The notes: generated by a model from the letters alone, not told the origin. Numbered from the stretch's first letter, positions 10,623-24,859 are shown. The stretch: 64,000 bases of DNA from Eledone cirrhosa (GCA_964016885.1 OZ024740.1:187922001-187986000), one strand, 5' to 3'. Program-made: numbers and translations.

Positions 10623-12959
10623 ATGTAAATATTAGATTTATCCTTAAATCCTGGCAAGCCTCTCTGTAACTCTACAATAAACATACAGAGTGAGGTTTTC
10701 TCTTGACCTATATTTCTAAAGTCTTTTATTTACTAGAAGTGTTGTTTACTGTATAGATTTTTCATTAACTGAAAAATTCTATGTATTATTTTGTATATAA
10801 TGTCATAGAGGTTTCATCAAATTTCTTGACAAAATACATGATTTTTTAAAGTTAACCTCCCTCCATCATACTGATATTATTTATGGTGACATCAACAATT
10901 TCTTAGCACTTCTGTACATCTCTATTCATTAACAAGCCATCTCTATAATCAATGATGTTCTAACAGGCAACTGTGATTCATGAAACAATATCTAGGTGAT
11001 GTGTTTAACTGTCAGTAGTGATCAGAGTAACGTATTGTTGCAAACTGCAGCAGTGTTTACAAATTTATTAATGTTTGTACCCCACCCCACAAAAAACAGA
11101 TAGCCAATCATGTATATGTCATATCATTTCATGTTCAAATGACATAAATCCGATGATTTCCTATTACTAGTTTCTTGGGTGCATATACAAAATTGTTAAT
11201 CACACCTGAGCTATTTTCAAAACTACATATCTCCTCTGAGAACACCAATGATATTGATAGATGTAGAAATTCATGACATGAGAAGATAAGAAAAACAAGA
11301 GAAATACATAATGACAAAAATAAATACATAACCCATTTCATTCAATGCTGATCCTTAGACGAGAAAATTGTTGCTGCAAAGTAAAATCTCACTTCTGAAC
11401 GAAAATTGAAAGTTGTTGAAATTTTGCAAAGAAACATCTGTATTTATGTAAAAAAAAACTAGCAAATCAAACATACATTTCTACTGAGATGAAAAGAATT
11501 TCTTCTATTCATTAACATGTTATATTCTCTTTATGTTCAAAATGTTCAAAAATGTCCTCACAAATCAGACAGGGCTGGATTAGTCTGTGATTTGTATTCT
11601 TTTTATTTTTTTTGTTACTATTATTTTCATTGAATTTCATAACAGTGAGTGTTTCAAATGTGTTTGGTTGCCTTTTTGCTTTAGACATTATTTTGTCCAA
11701 AAATGAAAGGCAATCACGGATTGAGTCTTCAATGGTAGACATATACATAAAAATAAGGAAAATGATAGAAGGAAACAGATTGATGATATATGTTCAATAT
11801 GTTCAATGCCTTTTCAGAAATTACGGATATTTGAGAACAGTTAAATAATTATGTAAATATTACCTTACAGGTTAATGTCTTAATTTATTAATGCACAGCT
11901 CTATAATGAATAAAAATGCTAAGACAATATATTTAACAGCTCAATGTAAGTAAATTTTAAATTGAGGGGAAATATGAGTCTCTGTATTTCAAATTTCTTA
12001 ATTGATTGATTCATATATTGATCAATTTTCAAATGTTAAAGGCAGAATGCATATATCCTAATTTCCCTATTTTTTCAATATCATCATTCAATCAAGATAT
12101 GAAAATGTAATTCTTACATTATATGTGTTTCGTTATATGAATGTCAAATAATGTTCAGGATTCTTATAGGTCAAGGCTGCATTCTAAATAAAGATATCAA
12201 TGAAATGGTAATAGTGTTTATATGAGAAAAGAAATTTGTAGTGTTTATATCAACCAAATTTAATCATAGGTTGTATGTGTGTGTGTGGATGCATATATTA
12301 ATTTTAATAGCTTTATAATTAGCTGGCAGATTTTAAAATGAAGCAATTTTTATACAAAATATGTTCAGATTTCATAGTTTATTCAAATTGTGAAGTTTTC
12401 ATTCATTGAAAAGAATTTTGTATCACAAAATTGTGTATTTTTAGGTATGTTATGTGATATTGTATAATTATAGTAATATAAATGCTCATGGTGTAATAAA
12501 TGATATGTCCATATACATTTAACCAACATATATGATTTCTAATTATTTTCTAATTATTTAAGTATTTGTAATAATGATTCTCACCTAAATTTCAAAATGA
12601 TATTGAAATATAGATATATTAAAAGAGGAAATAATCATTAATGGTTGGAGAAAATGCAAGTCAACCTAAATGAAATATTTTAATTATGTCTTAAACAATT
12701 AAAGTTAGATAAAATATTATGATAATAGTTAATATGATCATACAATTTCTGAATGACAAGAATCTGATCTAATGAGCTTTATCATGGACTATAACACAAA
12801 TATATCTTTGATTCCATATTGATAAGGAAGAATTGGAAAAATATTCAAATATATTAAATGAATTTCTTTTTAAGAATATATAGAATTCTAAATATCTTCA
12901 ATGGAATGATAGAAATGTAAGTTATGTTATTGTGCTTGAGTCTAATTAGCTATTTTCAA

Positions 12960-13920
12960 TTTACCTATTCTGAACAAGGGAAATCTTGCACTATTTAAAT
13001 AAAGAATTATCGAGGTACTTCACTCACATCTATTGCTGCTATGATTTACAACAAGTTGATTCTCAACAAGATATTTACTCTCCAGAATGACAGTTTGAGA
13101 AGAAATCCAAACGGATTTCATAGATGACATTCCACAACTGCACAGATCCTGTCCTTGTAGAGAATCGTTGAAAAACAAAAGTTTTGCATAATGTTTGTGG
13201 ACTTTATGAAATTATTCAACGCAATTAACTGAGAGGTAATGTTTGGCATACTGCCACTTTATGGCATTCCGGAGAAGATAGTTAAAGCAATAAGTGCCTT
13301 AACACCAGCACAAAATCATGAGTCAAACTCCAGCTGTAGAAACCTATTTCATTGGATGGTAGTAAGAGAAAAAGTTTAATACTTAAGCCCAGAAAAAGCA
13401 GAAGATATCTTGTGAAATTTGTCATGAGTTTAGACTTTACTAATAATTTGGCTTTTCCGTCAAACTCAGTAGCAAGTACCCAAACACTCCAAAGCAAGTG
13501 GAAGACATTAAATACCTTAGTTCCTTCATAATGAATCCAGAAAAGGATTTTCAAATACGTAGAGCCCTGTCCTGGAATGCATTTCATAAACTGGATGAAA
13601 TTTGGAAATCCAATATACCAAACAAACCTAATATCAGCCTGATTAGGACAACATTAGAGCCTATCATTTGCTATGGTTCTGAGACATGGACTTTGTATTC
13701 TCATCTGCAGAGTCGTTTAGATGGATACTATACTACCTTTCTGAGAAACGCTCAAAATATTCCCTGGCGGACCCATCTCAAACTTAATCCAGTATACAGA
13801 AAAATCCCAAATTTAATCATGCAAATAATTAGATGGTTTAAGATCTCTTGTTGTGAGAGATTTCCTCTACCAGAAAGATCAGATACCAGGATATCATTGC
13901 AAGAGAACTGGAATTGACAA
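12960..13920 (+). pseudogene. Decayed RTE-type LINE reverse transcriptase fragment
   Basis: NYRGTSLTSIAAMIYNKLILNKI, LRRNPNGF, QILSL*RIVE, FVDF, YGIPEKIV, KYLSS, YGSETWTL..RLDGYYT motifs, with frameshifts. Confidence 0.85.
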
Positions 13921-14045
13921 GGAAGACATACTAATCTTGATGGGAAACAGAGTCTGTTGGCATAACGTTATGCTTGCTGTCCCGCCTTCATAGATGGATA
14001 AATAGATTCTGATGTATTAATAGAAATATTATTATTGTTGTTGTT

Positions 14046-16225
14046 TGCGGCAAAATTGGCCCTTGACCAATTCTCCAATGCAAAGCACGAAGGCTGCGTT
14101 GTCAGAACTAGGGTGCGTGCTCTCAGACACGATGGGACGAAAGCCGTTCATTGGGCCCGAGTGGCGGAGACGTGTCATGGCAACAAACCCATGATCCGGT
14201 CTTTGGTGGACCACGACGGGCGCATGCTACTCGATCCCGGGTAAATGTGTGAAGCTTTTCAGCGACACTTCGCTCAGCTGTTCGGAGGCAGCGGTTGGCC
14301 GGATCGAGGGATGGACTTTAGTGTCTATCTCGATGGACTGCCGTGGCTCTCGACCACTGAGGCGGAGTGTTGCGAAAAGCCGATAACAGCAGCTGAAGTA
14401 CGGGAGGCAATGACTGGCTGCACAAGGGGTAAATTGCCTGGTTTGGATGGTCTGCCCTATGAACTTTACGTACAGATGCCAGACTTGTTCGGAGGCATCT
14501 TGGCGGACGTCTACTGCAACTAGCAACAGAACGGGAGAATTCCCAACTCTGTAAGCCGAGGAGCGGTGGTGCTGCTGAAAAAGGATCCGAACAAGGGGGA
14601 TAACAGAGATAATTTCTGGCCTATAACTCTACTAAACACAGAGTTCAAGATTTTGGCCTACGTGCTAGCAAAGAGGTTGGCGTTTGTCGTTGGTGATCTG
14701 GTGGGAGAGGCGCAGACATGCGCTATTCCCGACAGATCCATCCACGACAACCTCCACCTCATGCTATACATCGTGGAGAGGGTAGCTAGGGAACATGGCA
14801 CGGGTGGGTCCTTGATCAATTTAGATCAGTCGAAATCTTTCGATAGGGTCGACCATCATTACCTAGTGACAGTCCTGAGGGCGGCTGGCTTTGGGCCCAT
14901 CTTCAGAGGCTGAATCGCTGCCATGCACAGCGACATCTGCTCTGTGGCGAGAGTGAGCGGTCACCTTTCGGAACCGTTCAACATCATGCGCTCGGTTTGC
15001 CAAGGATGTCCCCTCTCGTCCCTCTTGTACGTATTGACTCTTGAGCCATTACTGCACAAACTGGAGACGTTGAGGGGGGGTCCTGCATGAACTAGGATGC
15101 GGAAGATCCATGTCAGCACATGCGGACGATGTCACCGTAGTGGTGTCGAAGACCAAACACATCGAGGCGATCGGCACTACACTAACAGAATACGAGGCGG
15201 TAACAGGAGCAAAGATCAACCAGGAAAAGTCGGTGGGTGCAGCTCGGCACCCGGAGAGGCAGGTCCATGCCGTCCAACGGCATCGTTGGGTGCTGGACAG
15301 ATGGACCGGTTAAATTTCTAAGGGTCTGGTTCGGTCCGGACCTCCAGACGGACAAAAACTGGCACGAGATGATGAGCAGGGTGGCTTCTCTCACCCAGAA
15401 ATTGGCAGAGAGGAAGCTATCCCTGAAAGGTTGAGCGGAGGTGGCTAACGCGTATATCGCGTCCGTCATCTACTACCGCCTGATCATCGTGCCTTGTCCT
15501 AAGCCTCGCCTGACTGCGCTGGAGCATTTGCTCTTTCGCTTTTTGTGGAAGGGACGCGCTCCGATGGTCAGACGGTCCATCTGCTGTCAACACCTGCTAC
15601 GTGGAGGACTGGGCATGCCATGGCTGATGATGAGCAGACACGCGCTCAGGTTACGACATCTCCATCTCTTCCTCGGAGGTGATCAGGTGTCGTCGCCGTT
15701 TGCTAGACGCGTCTTTCGCCACCTCGTCTCCTTGATGGAGCTGCAGTCCTGGGTCAAGCGAAGACCGAGAGGGAGCGCTTGGAGACTGGAATGTCTTCAG
15801 GCGCTCACAGCCCTCGACCAATCGAGCAATGTGATCGGTGGAAACTCCACCTTGGCGTTCTATAGAGGATTAGTGGAGGGGAAGAGCGACGACATACTTG
15901 GGGAAACACTAGGCGTCGACAAAATGGACCTACTCTGAGTATATGCCTGTAAATTGAAGGTGGAAAACTGGGAGAGGACACTTGCCCTGGTGGTCAGGGT
16001 CACCGTGACTTTTTTAATGGGCTTTCTCCACGATGGCCCTCGGAAGTCTCCCCCCTATTAGGGAATTTTTCATTGTTCTTTTATTACATCCTCTGGTTTT
16101 TTGGGGGGTTTTTTTTTTACACGCATAAATGCCCATTTGTACCGTCCTGTATTGTCCTGTACTGTCCTTAATGTCTACTTTGTGTAAACCCTTGTGGTTA
16201 ATAAAGAAAGCATTATTATTATTAT
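14046..16225 (+). mobile_element. 5'-truncated Tx1/L1-clade LINE (ORF2 RT pseudogene, 3' UTR, (TTA)n tail)
   Basis: GC-rich; PGLDGLPYELY, NFWPITLLNTEFKIL, LDQSKSFDRVDH, QGCPLSSLLY, AHADDV, FLWKG, GGLGMP motifs with several stops. AATAAA precedes the tail; candidate TSD tattattattgttg. Confidence 0.9.
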
Positions 16226-16364
16226 TATTATTATTGTTGAGCATGGTGAATTGGCCTTTCATCCTTAGGTGGTTGATAAAATAAAGTCACAGTAATGCAC
16301 TAGGGTCGATTGAATTGACTTTCCCTTCTCTGTAAGTTATTATTGTGTGTTATTACTATATTAC

Positions 16365-16545
16365 GGTGGATTGGCAGTATCGGTAGAGGGTCGGACGCCA
16401 TGCTTTCCAACATAGTTACGTCCCTTTATGGTCTGAGTTCAAATCCCGCCGAGGCTGACTTTGCCTTTCATCCTTACGGGGTCGATAAAATAAAGTACCA
16501 GTAATGTACTGGGTAATTGCTGGCCTTGTGCCTAAAGTAGAAACA
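16365..16545 (+). mobile_element. SINE family A with 16-bp target site duplication
   Basis: gttattactatattac at 16349-16364 and 16546-16561. Confidence 0.9.
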
Positions 16546-16561
16546 GTTATTACTATATTAC

Positions 16562-17480
16562 AGAGCACAGTTCTGTGTGCTTTAGGTATGTGCAATGTTG
16601 TGTTTAGTGGTGTTGTTTCTACTGTATTGAAGGTTCTCTTCATAATATATACGCAACATCTAGAAGGGCTATTTTCTGTATACTATAATTGTTTGTAAGT
16701 CATTTTGGTTATGTGTCAAACAGTGTGTTTTTTTATCATTCCCAGTGCACCTATTATTTTAGGGATTGTTTCTATTTTCTACAACCACGTTTGGGTTATA
16801 TCTATCTCTGGCTCTTTATATTTGGATAATTTCTCCACGTCTTTGATGGATATATTATCATTTGTGAGGAGAGATGCATCAATTAGAAGACATGTTTTTC
16901 TTTGTGGGTTTTAACTATAATATCTGATCAGTTGGCTTGTATCATTTCTGGTGTATGTTTGTACCACTTTTTCTCTGTTGGTATTTCATAGTGTTGGCAT
17001 AACTTCCAGTGCCTGTAAATCCCAACTCCATCATGTCTGTGGATATATCCTTTTTTGAGTAAGATTCAGCAGCCAGAGATAATGTGATTAAATGTTTCTT
17101 CCACATACCACATATTCTGCAGTTATTCGCTGTTTACTGCATTATTATATATTTTTGTGGTTTCTGGTGGGAAGGCTTCGTCCATCTGCTACAATTAGAA
17201 ATCCTTCATCTAGTGCTTCTTAACCAGTTTTGTGAATTTTGTTTGTCCATTTCCTCATTATTCAGTTCTACTTTCGGATATTGCCTATGTATGAGTTTTT
17301 CTTGCTATCACTTTGGCATAGCATTCTGGAGATGTATTTTCAATTTAGATTTGATCTCTTTCTCAGTTTCTGTTACTACACATTCTGTGTTTTCATTTTC
17401 CTCATAATTATCTGTAAATTCAGCTTCTGGTTTGAATTTGTTTACTTCATTGATGATAGATATCTTCGATAATATTATTG
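16562..17480 (-). mobile_element. Decayed R4/Dong-like (RLE) non-LTR retrotransposon, 3' part
   Basis: Minus strand: SQNWL..EGFLI..SLPTRNH..CRICG..EETFNHIISGC..YIHRHD..HWKLCQHYEIP..KWYKHTPE, i.e. CCHC knuckle followed by RHD. Confidence 0.75.
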
Positions 17481-17964
17481 TTATTAAGGGCAGTAAATTA
17501 GTAGAATCATTAGGGCAGCAGAAGAAATGCTTTGCAGCTTATATTCGTTCCCTTTACAGTCTTAGTTCAAATTCTTCTGAAGTCAATTTTGTCATTCATC
17601 CTGCTGTGATTAATAAAATAAAGTAACTGGCAAGTACAGGAATCATTATAATCGACTCCTCTTTCCCCTGACATTGCAGGCCTATATTATCATTTTTAAT
17701 ATCAATATCATTAGTCTTATTTTTATTGTAATGTCATTGCATTACCTAGCACAGTTCTGTTCACCTTGAATATGTGTAATGTCTTTTCTTGGTGGTGTTG
17801 ATTCTATTATAATGCATTCTTTGTAATACCTATTAGTGCTATTTTCTGTATGTTGTACATATTTCTGTTGTATATAGCTCTGGCATTTTGGTTATGTATC
17901 TGTGGTTTTATTCTTTTTAGACCACCTATCCTTATAGGCATTGCTTGTGTTTTGCCTTCTGAGG

Positions 17965-18215
17965 AAGCACCTGGCCCAGTGATAACAGTGTTGGACTGAC
18001 AATCATAATGTTGTTAGTTTGATGCCTTGATTGTGTTGTGTGTTGGAGCAAAACAATTCATTTCATATTGCCTCAGTATACTCAGCTGGAAATGAAATGA
18101 GTACCAGTAATAGCTGTGGACTAGCATTCTGTCCAGTGGGGAGCCTTGTACTCTGTCACTTCATTCAACAGAAACCAGGATAAACACCAGCCTAATGAAA
18201 CAAAATTTAGACTTT
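17965..18215 (+). mobile_element. Old tRNA-derived SINE (family C)
   Basis: Degenerate head plus ttggagcaaaacaattcatttcatattgc..ctcagctggaaatg..agtaccag; related to 22755-23020, 45500-45617 and 61825-62050. Confidence 0.6.
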
Positions 18216-18784
18216 AGACTTCTGCTTTCATCATTTCTGTCGGAGTTACTTCTATATTTAGATGTTATATTCAGATAATTTCTTTATTTGTTTTATAGAT
18301 ACAATATTGTATGCTGCAATTGATGTGTCAATAAGGAGGAGTCATTTCTTTACTTTGTGGTCATTGATTACAGTTGGCATGGATCTCCCTGTCTGTGTGT
18401 ATTGGCATATCACAGAATATTGTTGCTTTGTCATTCCCTGACACCTTTTCTGGTGTATGTCTGTGCTATCTCTTTTTGTAGGCATTTCATAGAGTTGGTA
18501 TAAATTCAGGTGTATATAAATTCCAAATCTGTTATGTCTTGTGTATATTTGTTTTAACTAAAACTGGGCAGCCTGAGAAAATGGGGTCAATTGTTTATTC
18601 CCCACTTCTGCAATTAGGTTTTGGTGGTTACTGGTTGGGAGATTTTGATCTTGTGGTGAAATTAGGAATCTTTTAGACTCAACTTTTATCCTAGCACTTT
18701 TTAACCAGCTTTGTGAATTTTGCTTGCCCACTTCTTTGCTACTCAACTATTTTGTGTATTGACCATGTAGGGACTTTTCTTGCC

Positions 18785-19312
18785 TCCACTTACCAAGTGG
18801 TATTGCCCGCCGCCCCTCACCTCAGAAGGACAATCCACTCCCAATGTGAGAAATTGAAGCAAAAACCTGACCCTCATCATCCTCTCTACAGCTGTGAACC
18901 AATGACAAAGAGGCTCAAGTCAAGACACAGCTTTCTATACTCAGTCGAACCACAAAACTTCTAGTCAACATCAATCCCTGTGGTGAAGCCACCATAACAA
19001 TGTGGAACACAGATTCTCTCTCTTCCCTATAGAATCACTCCCCCCTGGCTCCAGTAAACTTGACCCTTCTGGTCCTGCCTGAATTGCTTCTGAACAGCTG
19101 TTGGTTACTGAATAGCCAACTTTCAGAAATAAAGGATATACCACGGATAATGATTCCAACTGACAATGCGGGCAATTACAAACTATGGAGCACCCTTTAG
19201 TTTGCCCCAGTCCTGATGATTGATGCACACTTAACGACCTTGAAACCATCATATCCCAGGCAAGGCTCTGTGTGCCACACTGGATGGGTGTGGTGCAGCA
19301 AATTGATAAGAA
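18785..19312 (+). mobile_element. LINE 3' fragment, Vingi/Ingi-like
   Basis: HPLYSCEPMTKRLKSRHSF and *QCGQLQTMEHPLVCP zinc knuckle; (aag)n tail. Clade assignment is from memory. Confidence 0.55.
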
Positions 19313-22300
19313 GAAGAAAAATCATTCAAAAGATGTTTTCAATTTAGATTTTACATTTTTTATTATTTTTGTTGTTCCTTTGGGGGCGGGGAGGGTGTGT
19401 GCTAATTTTTGTCTTAAATATCTGTCAATTCAGCGTCTCTTTTGAACTTGTTGGCTTTTTGAAGACTGAAAACAATTTATTTTTTGCTTTATTCATGCTT
19501 CATGGGTATTTGTACTAACTCTCCATTATTTCTCATTAGTTACTTTTGTAGTCCTATAGTGGATATTTTATTATAGTTTTCTAGTTGCATAAGGCATTCT
19601 TGGTTGCTATATTTTATAATAGTTTTAGAGTTACATAAGTTATTCATGGTAGTTATAATCTTTCTACATCTTATTTTTCATGGTATATTCTAAGGAATAC
19701 TAAAACATTTAACAATATTAGAACTGAATCGCATTGATACCTATTACCTTATTCTTTCAATTTAGATCTATCTATAATGTTTCTTTCTAATGTTTTCTGG
19801 TGTGTGTAGAACTCTATCTAGTTTATTGATTCCTTAGTATTTGAATGTCTGTGTTTGATCTAATTGTCTTATTTCAGTGCCTTTATCTAGTGTGATATTG
19901 GTGTTTTTAACTTGCTTTCCTCATCTTTAGGTTGCCATGGCACATGTTTCTAATATAATATACATTTCATGTATGCTTCTTTTCTACATCCATGTAGTAG
20001 GAGCGGCGATGTCTCCAGTTGTCTATTTCCTGTTGCATACAGCTTGGGTTTGTCCATATACAGCAGAGGGTTAATTTTCTCTCAATAGCATGTGTATTCA
20101 AGTCCAGTATCTCAGTTAATGGTGTCAGTGCTAGTAAAACTTGGTTATAATGGAATTTTATCTTGAGACATCTTCAGACCAAAACAAAAAATAATAATAA
20201 TAATCTGTTTATAATAATTACCGAGTTGTATTTATTTGTTTTTTGCTGTGCCTTAAGAAATAACACATGCAAGAGAATTATTAATAAAATTGTTGTCATT
20301 TTTGAAAACACAGGTACATGATCATAATCATCACAATCACCATTTTACATCTATTTTCCATGCATGCTTGGGTTTGAAGGGTTGTCACATTATTAAATTA
20401 GAAGGTCAAATGACCTGTATCATGCTCACACATTCCATTTTGGCATGGCTTCTATGGTTGGTAAGCTATCACTGGTAGGAGTAGTATTAGTAGTAGTAGT
20501 AGCAGCAGCAGCAGTACTAGTAGTAGTAGAAGATAATAATGATAATAATAATAACAACAATGATAACAATAATTTCAAACACTGCCACATTATTTTTATA
20601 TCAGCATGACTATTGTTTTTATATAGAATACAAGTTTTAAGTACTAAAAAAAGAAATTTTTGTTTTTCACATCTGAAAACCACACAATTTTCTTCATAAA
20701 AAGCAACTTTTGAAAAGCAACATTTCCTTTCAAAGTCTTGACAAGAAATATTCTTGTTTGGATGACAGAATTAATTTAATTTTAATTTTTGACAAAGAGA
20801 TTCATATTACCATAAGTACAGTTGGTTAAACTCTGGAACTTTTCTCCATATTATGCTAAAATCTAAGCCATCCTCTTTCTCCAATCAAGTTATAGGTAAT
20901 TGTATTAAGTCTAAATTGAAAAAGAAGTGAGGAAAATATAGCCCTCTGAATTATATCTCTCATATCTGCTACAGTTTTAATAGAAATTCATTCTTTTGTT
21001 TTTAAATACTTAACGTCTATAGGTTGATTCAAATTGAGGTTTTAAATGATTCCAGTTCCAATAATACTCTATATTTTCCCTCCGTGCACCTTATGCTATA
21101 TAATCAATGCACCATATTAAGGATTCCATGCATATAAGGATACCACACATGCTTCTCTGAATTCCATGTGATGCTTAAGTATGTTAGCCATTGTATACAC
21201 CTTTTCATAATATATTTTTTAATCAACAGACAGTTTTTTGTTCCTTGACTTCTTTACCTATCCATTTCCATCAGCTGGCAGGGAGTTTCTTCTTTAATAG
21301 TTGATCATATTTGTTTTACATTGTTATCAATTTTATCCTCAACATATTAAAAACTGCATTTCAAAGTCTGAACCTCCCCTTCAGAGTCACTAAATATTTC
21401 AGCCTCAACAATTGCTAATTTTCAACAAAGCTCAGTGGATACCTACATCTTCTGTTTCAATGTTGTCACAAGCATTTATTTAATGAATGATAGCCATACA
21501 ACACTGTAGTAATGATATAGATCCTTGTTAAATAGTACTAATTAGAATACTTGTGGGTTGCTAGGTTTTGGTGAAACTATTTAACAAATCAAGTATTTTA
21601 TTTTAACATTTTCAGTTTGTTATTTATTTTGGTTTGAACTATTTTTGTTGCTTCATCTCTTCAGTAATGAACTATAAAACTTTTCCCCAGAGACATTATA
21701 TTTCTGCCTTAGATTTTGCTCAGTTTCTGTAGCAAACTTCTGCAAACTTGCTCTGATAGTGCTAAATTGATTCCTAAATTCAGCTAAAGTGTTTTTCTCA
21801 GGTTTCTGATGCCTTTTTTGAGTTTTTTTCTTCCACTAAAGAGTTTTCATTTTGTTTATTCTTTCTATCAGCACGAACTCTCCAATATTAGTTAAACAAC
21901 TGTACAAATCAGATGTCAAATTTCTGTGATGTTGTCTACTGATAACTTTTGAATATTCTATTCATCTTCAGAATTTTCTTTTGTTTTTACATTATTTCCA
22001 TCTTGTCTCTGTGAGTTTCCATTTTTAAACAATTCTCTAAATCTCCAGATTATTGCTTATTTCTTTTACTCCATTTCATCCTGTCTTTTTACTTTCTGAA
22101 CTCTTTGTCAGTCCAGCATTAAACATTCTTACTTTATTTTTGTTTTGTTTGTATTTTAATTGTTGTTATATAATATATTTATTAGCTTTTGGTTCTGTAC
22201 ATTCTCTGTACTTTGATTTTAATCTCAAACAATATTTGTAAATATGTTTGATGTATGAGAATATATTTTCATTGCAGTTTTCATACCATGTGTGACTGCC

Positions 22301-22754
22301 ATTAATTTTCTGCAATATGGTTTTTGGTTCTTGATCATATTTAAATATAACAGTTGAAAGAATTATTTTATTGTTTTATTGGACTGCAGCCATTTTGAGG
22401 TACAACCATCAAAGGTTTTAATCAGTTATACCAACCCTAGTACATTTTCTGGTGCAGTTAACGTTGACTAGGCTTAAAGAGAGGCAGCTAAAATAGATTG
22501 AAATGCTAAAGGTATTTTAAGTGAAAAGTCTCTTTCTGTGACTATGTCATCCCTCACCTATATGTGCACTTGTGTGTACAGACAGACAGACACACATTTC
22601 ATGTGTTTCAGCTGAGTTTCTGTAACAAATTCCATTTAAACTGCTTTGGTCACCCAGAGACTTTTATAGAACAAATATAATGGCAGTGTTGTTGTATAGT
22701 AGGAGCAAATCCATAACCATATCATTATGAAAAAAACTTTCTAAACATGCTGCA

Positions 22755-23022
22755 TGCCCATATGGGTGTTGAACTTACGATCATGATAACATGGGTTTGG
22801 TTCCTGGGCTGGGTTTTGTGTGTTTTCTTCTGGAGCAAAGCACTTCATTTTATGTTGCTCCAATACACTCAGCTGAAAATAAGTACCAGCAATAGCAGAG
22901 CGTTTAACCCTGGGATTAACTAACATCGTATCCAGAGGGTGTCTTGTATTCTCAGTTGCTTAACACCATGGAAACTGGGATATACACCTTCCTGATGAGC
23001 CTCTGGCTTAAGACAGACAATA
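22755..23022 (+). mobile_element. SINE family C
   Basis: ggagcaaagcacttcattttatgttgctcc..ctcagctgaaaataagtaccagc..ctgatgagcctc tail. Confidence 0.65.
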
Positions 23023-23268
23023 TACTTTATACATGCCCATACCCATTTAAACAATTATAAAATGTTATTCATTATTCTATTATATGGTTTGATGTGAATT
23101 ATGTTCATAACTATGATTCCATTTTTGGCATCTGCTAATTTTTGTTATTATTATCAGTATCAGTAGAGATTTGGACAACATGCTTTGTAGCAAAATTGTT
23201 GGCTTTGCCCCTCAATTAGAAATCTTTATTATCATTATCGTCCTGTGCCACCTCTATTATTTGCTTAA

Positions 23269-23503
23269 CCCTTTATCATTTATATTACTCTATATATAAT
23301 ATTATATTTATATGGTAAAAGTTTGTTACTTCACATAATTATCTCACATAATATCGAATCTATGAGATTTTGATATTATTTATTTTGATATTATTTATTT
23401 AAACACTACCTTAACATCAGTATGAGTTGCCAGTTACAGCCGGTTTGAACAGAAAGAGGTGAAATAATTCTGGCCGGACAGGGCCGGTTTAAATGCTAAA
23501 GGG
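23269..23503. mobile_element. piggyBac-type MITE
   Basis: TTAA-ccctttatcattta ... taaatgctaaaggg-TTAA: CCC/GGG ends, 14-bp TIR with one mismatch, TTAA duplication. Confidence 0.75.
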
Positions 23504-23558
23504 TTAATGTTAGACTTGTGTGGTTAATAAAGAAACTATTATCATTATCATTATTATT

Positions 23559-23770
23559 AGGGGATTGGCAGTATCGGCAGAGAGTAAGACGCCATGCTTT
23601 GCAGCATAGAGTTATGGCCCGATTGCAGTCTGAGTTCAAATCCCGCCAAGGTTAACTTTGCTTTTCATCCTTACGGGGTCGATAAAATAAAGTACCAGTA
23701 ATTCACTGGGATAGTTTCTGGCCTTGTGCCAAAAGTAAAAACAATTATTATTATTATTATTATTATTATT
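23559..23770 (+). mobile_element. SINE family A
   Basis: Consensus match with (tta)n tail. Confidence 0.9.
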
Positions 23771-24821
23771 TCAAACAAGTTTGAATAGACAAAAATTAAT
23801 AAGGATTATTCTAATATCATGTTAAGTAAAAGAATGGGAGATAAAAGTGTCTAATTAGAATATAATACAAACAGATGTAAGATAAAATGGATAGGAAAAA
23901 AATACTGTAGATACATTAAATACATATTTAAAACAGAGCTAAACAGCTTAAAAATCAGGTAAAATAAAAACACCACAGAAATGCGGTGGATTGGCAGTAT
24001 CGGTAGAGGGTTGGACGCCATGCTTTGACGCATAGAGTTATGGCCCTTACCATTCTGAGTTCAAATCCCGCCAAGGTTAACTTTGCTTTTCATCCTTACG
24101 GGGTCGATAAAACAAAGTACCAGTAATGCACTGGGTAATTGCTGGCCATGTGCCAAAAGTAGAAACAATTATAATTATTATTATTTAGAAAATGTAGGCA
24201 TCCAAGAATTAACTACAAAAACAATTAATTGCTATAAATGATAGCTTAGACAATTAGGTAAAATATCTCTAGGGACAGAAAGCAGAAAGATGTGGGCAGC
24301 AGTCTCTAGAGCAAATTGAACACTATATCTCTCAAATTTCAGCTGAGTGCTCTAACCATTGAGCTAAGGGACATCTGACCACAGATTCTGTCTGACTAAG
24401 ATAAATATACTGAACAACTTGGATGTAAACAACAAACTTTTTATACAAACTGTCAAAGTGTAATATGTAATTCTCTAGAAAATAATTGTAACAACAGTCA
24501 ATTGCAATAATTGATAGCTGAGAAAACCAGGCAAAATACTCATAGGAATGTGAAAATAGTGGCCAACAGTTGCCATTCAGAAGCAAACTCCATATTTCTC
24601 TATTTTTCTATTTCAGTGGTATTTTTATTTTACCTGATTTTTAAGCTGTTTAGCTCTGTTTTAAATATGTATTTAATGTATCTACAGTATTTTTTTTCTA
24701 TCCATTTTATCTTACATCTGTTTGTATTATATTCTAATTAGACACTTTTATCTCCTGTTCTTTTACTTAATATATTAGAATAATCCTTATTAATTTTCTT
24801 CTATTCAGACTTGTTTGAAAT
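23770..24821. mobile_element. Foldback element with about 210-bp inverted arms (23770-23982 and 24610-24821)
   Basis: The arms are reverse complements. The same peptide ISVVFLFYLIFKLFSSVLNMYLMYLQYF appears in opposite-strand ORFs 23851..24033 and 24511..24741. Confidence 0.85.
23982..24184 (+). mobile_element. SINE family A nested in the foldback element
   Basis: Full consensus with A/B boxes and tail. Confidence 0.9.
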
Positions 24822-24859
24822 GTTTATATTGTTATTGTAATGTGGCATGTAGGTAACAC

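Larger units (their letters stand above)
17700..22050 (-). mobile_element. Second, longer, fragmented R4/Dong-like element interrupted by other repeats
   Basis: PEKVSGNDKATIFCDMPIHTDREI near 18400; SQSWLKSA..LISPQDQNLPT near 18650; LLYMDKPKLYA (YMDD-like) at 20033-20066; SQGTKNCLLIKK near 21230. Confidence 0.65.

Noticed and set aside
22990-23005. ctgatgag motifs here and at about 48794 and 62019 as hammerheads
   Set aside because: No correctly placed GAAA or stems; two belong to SINE C tails.
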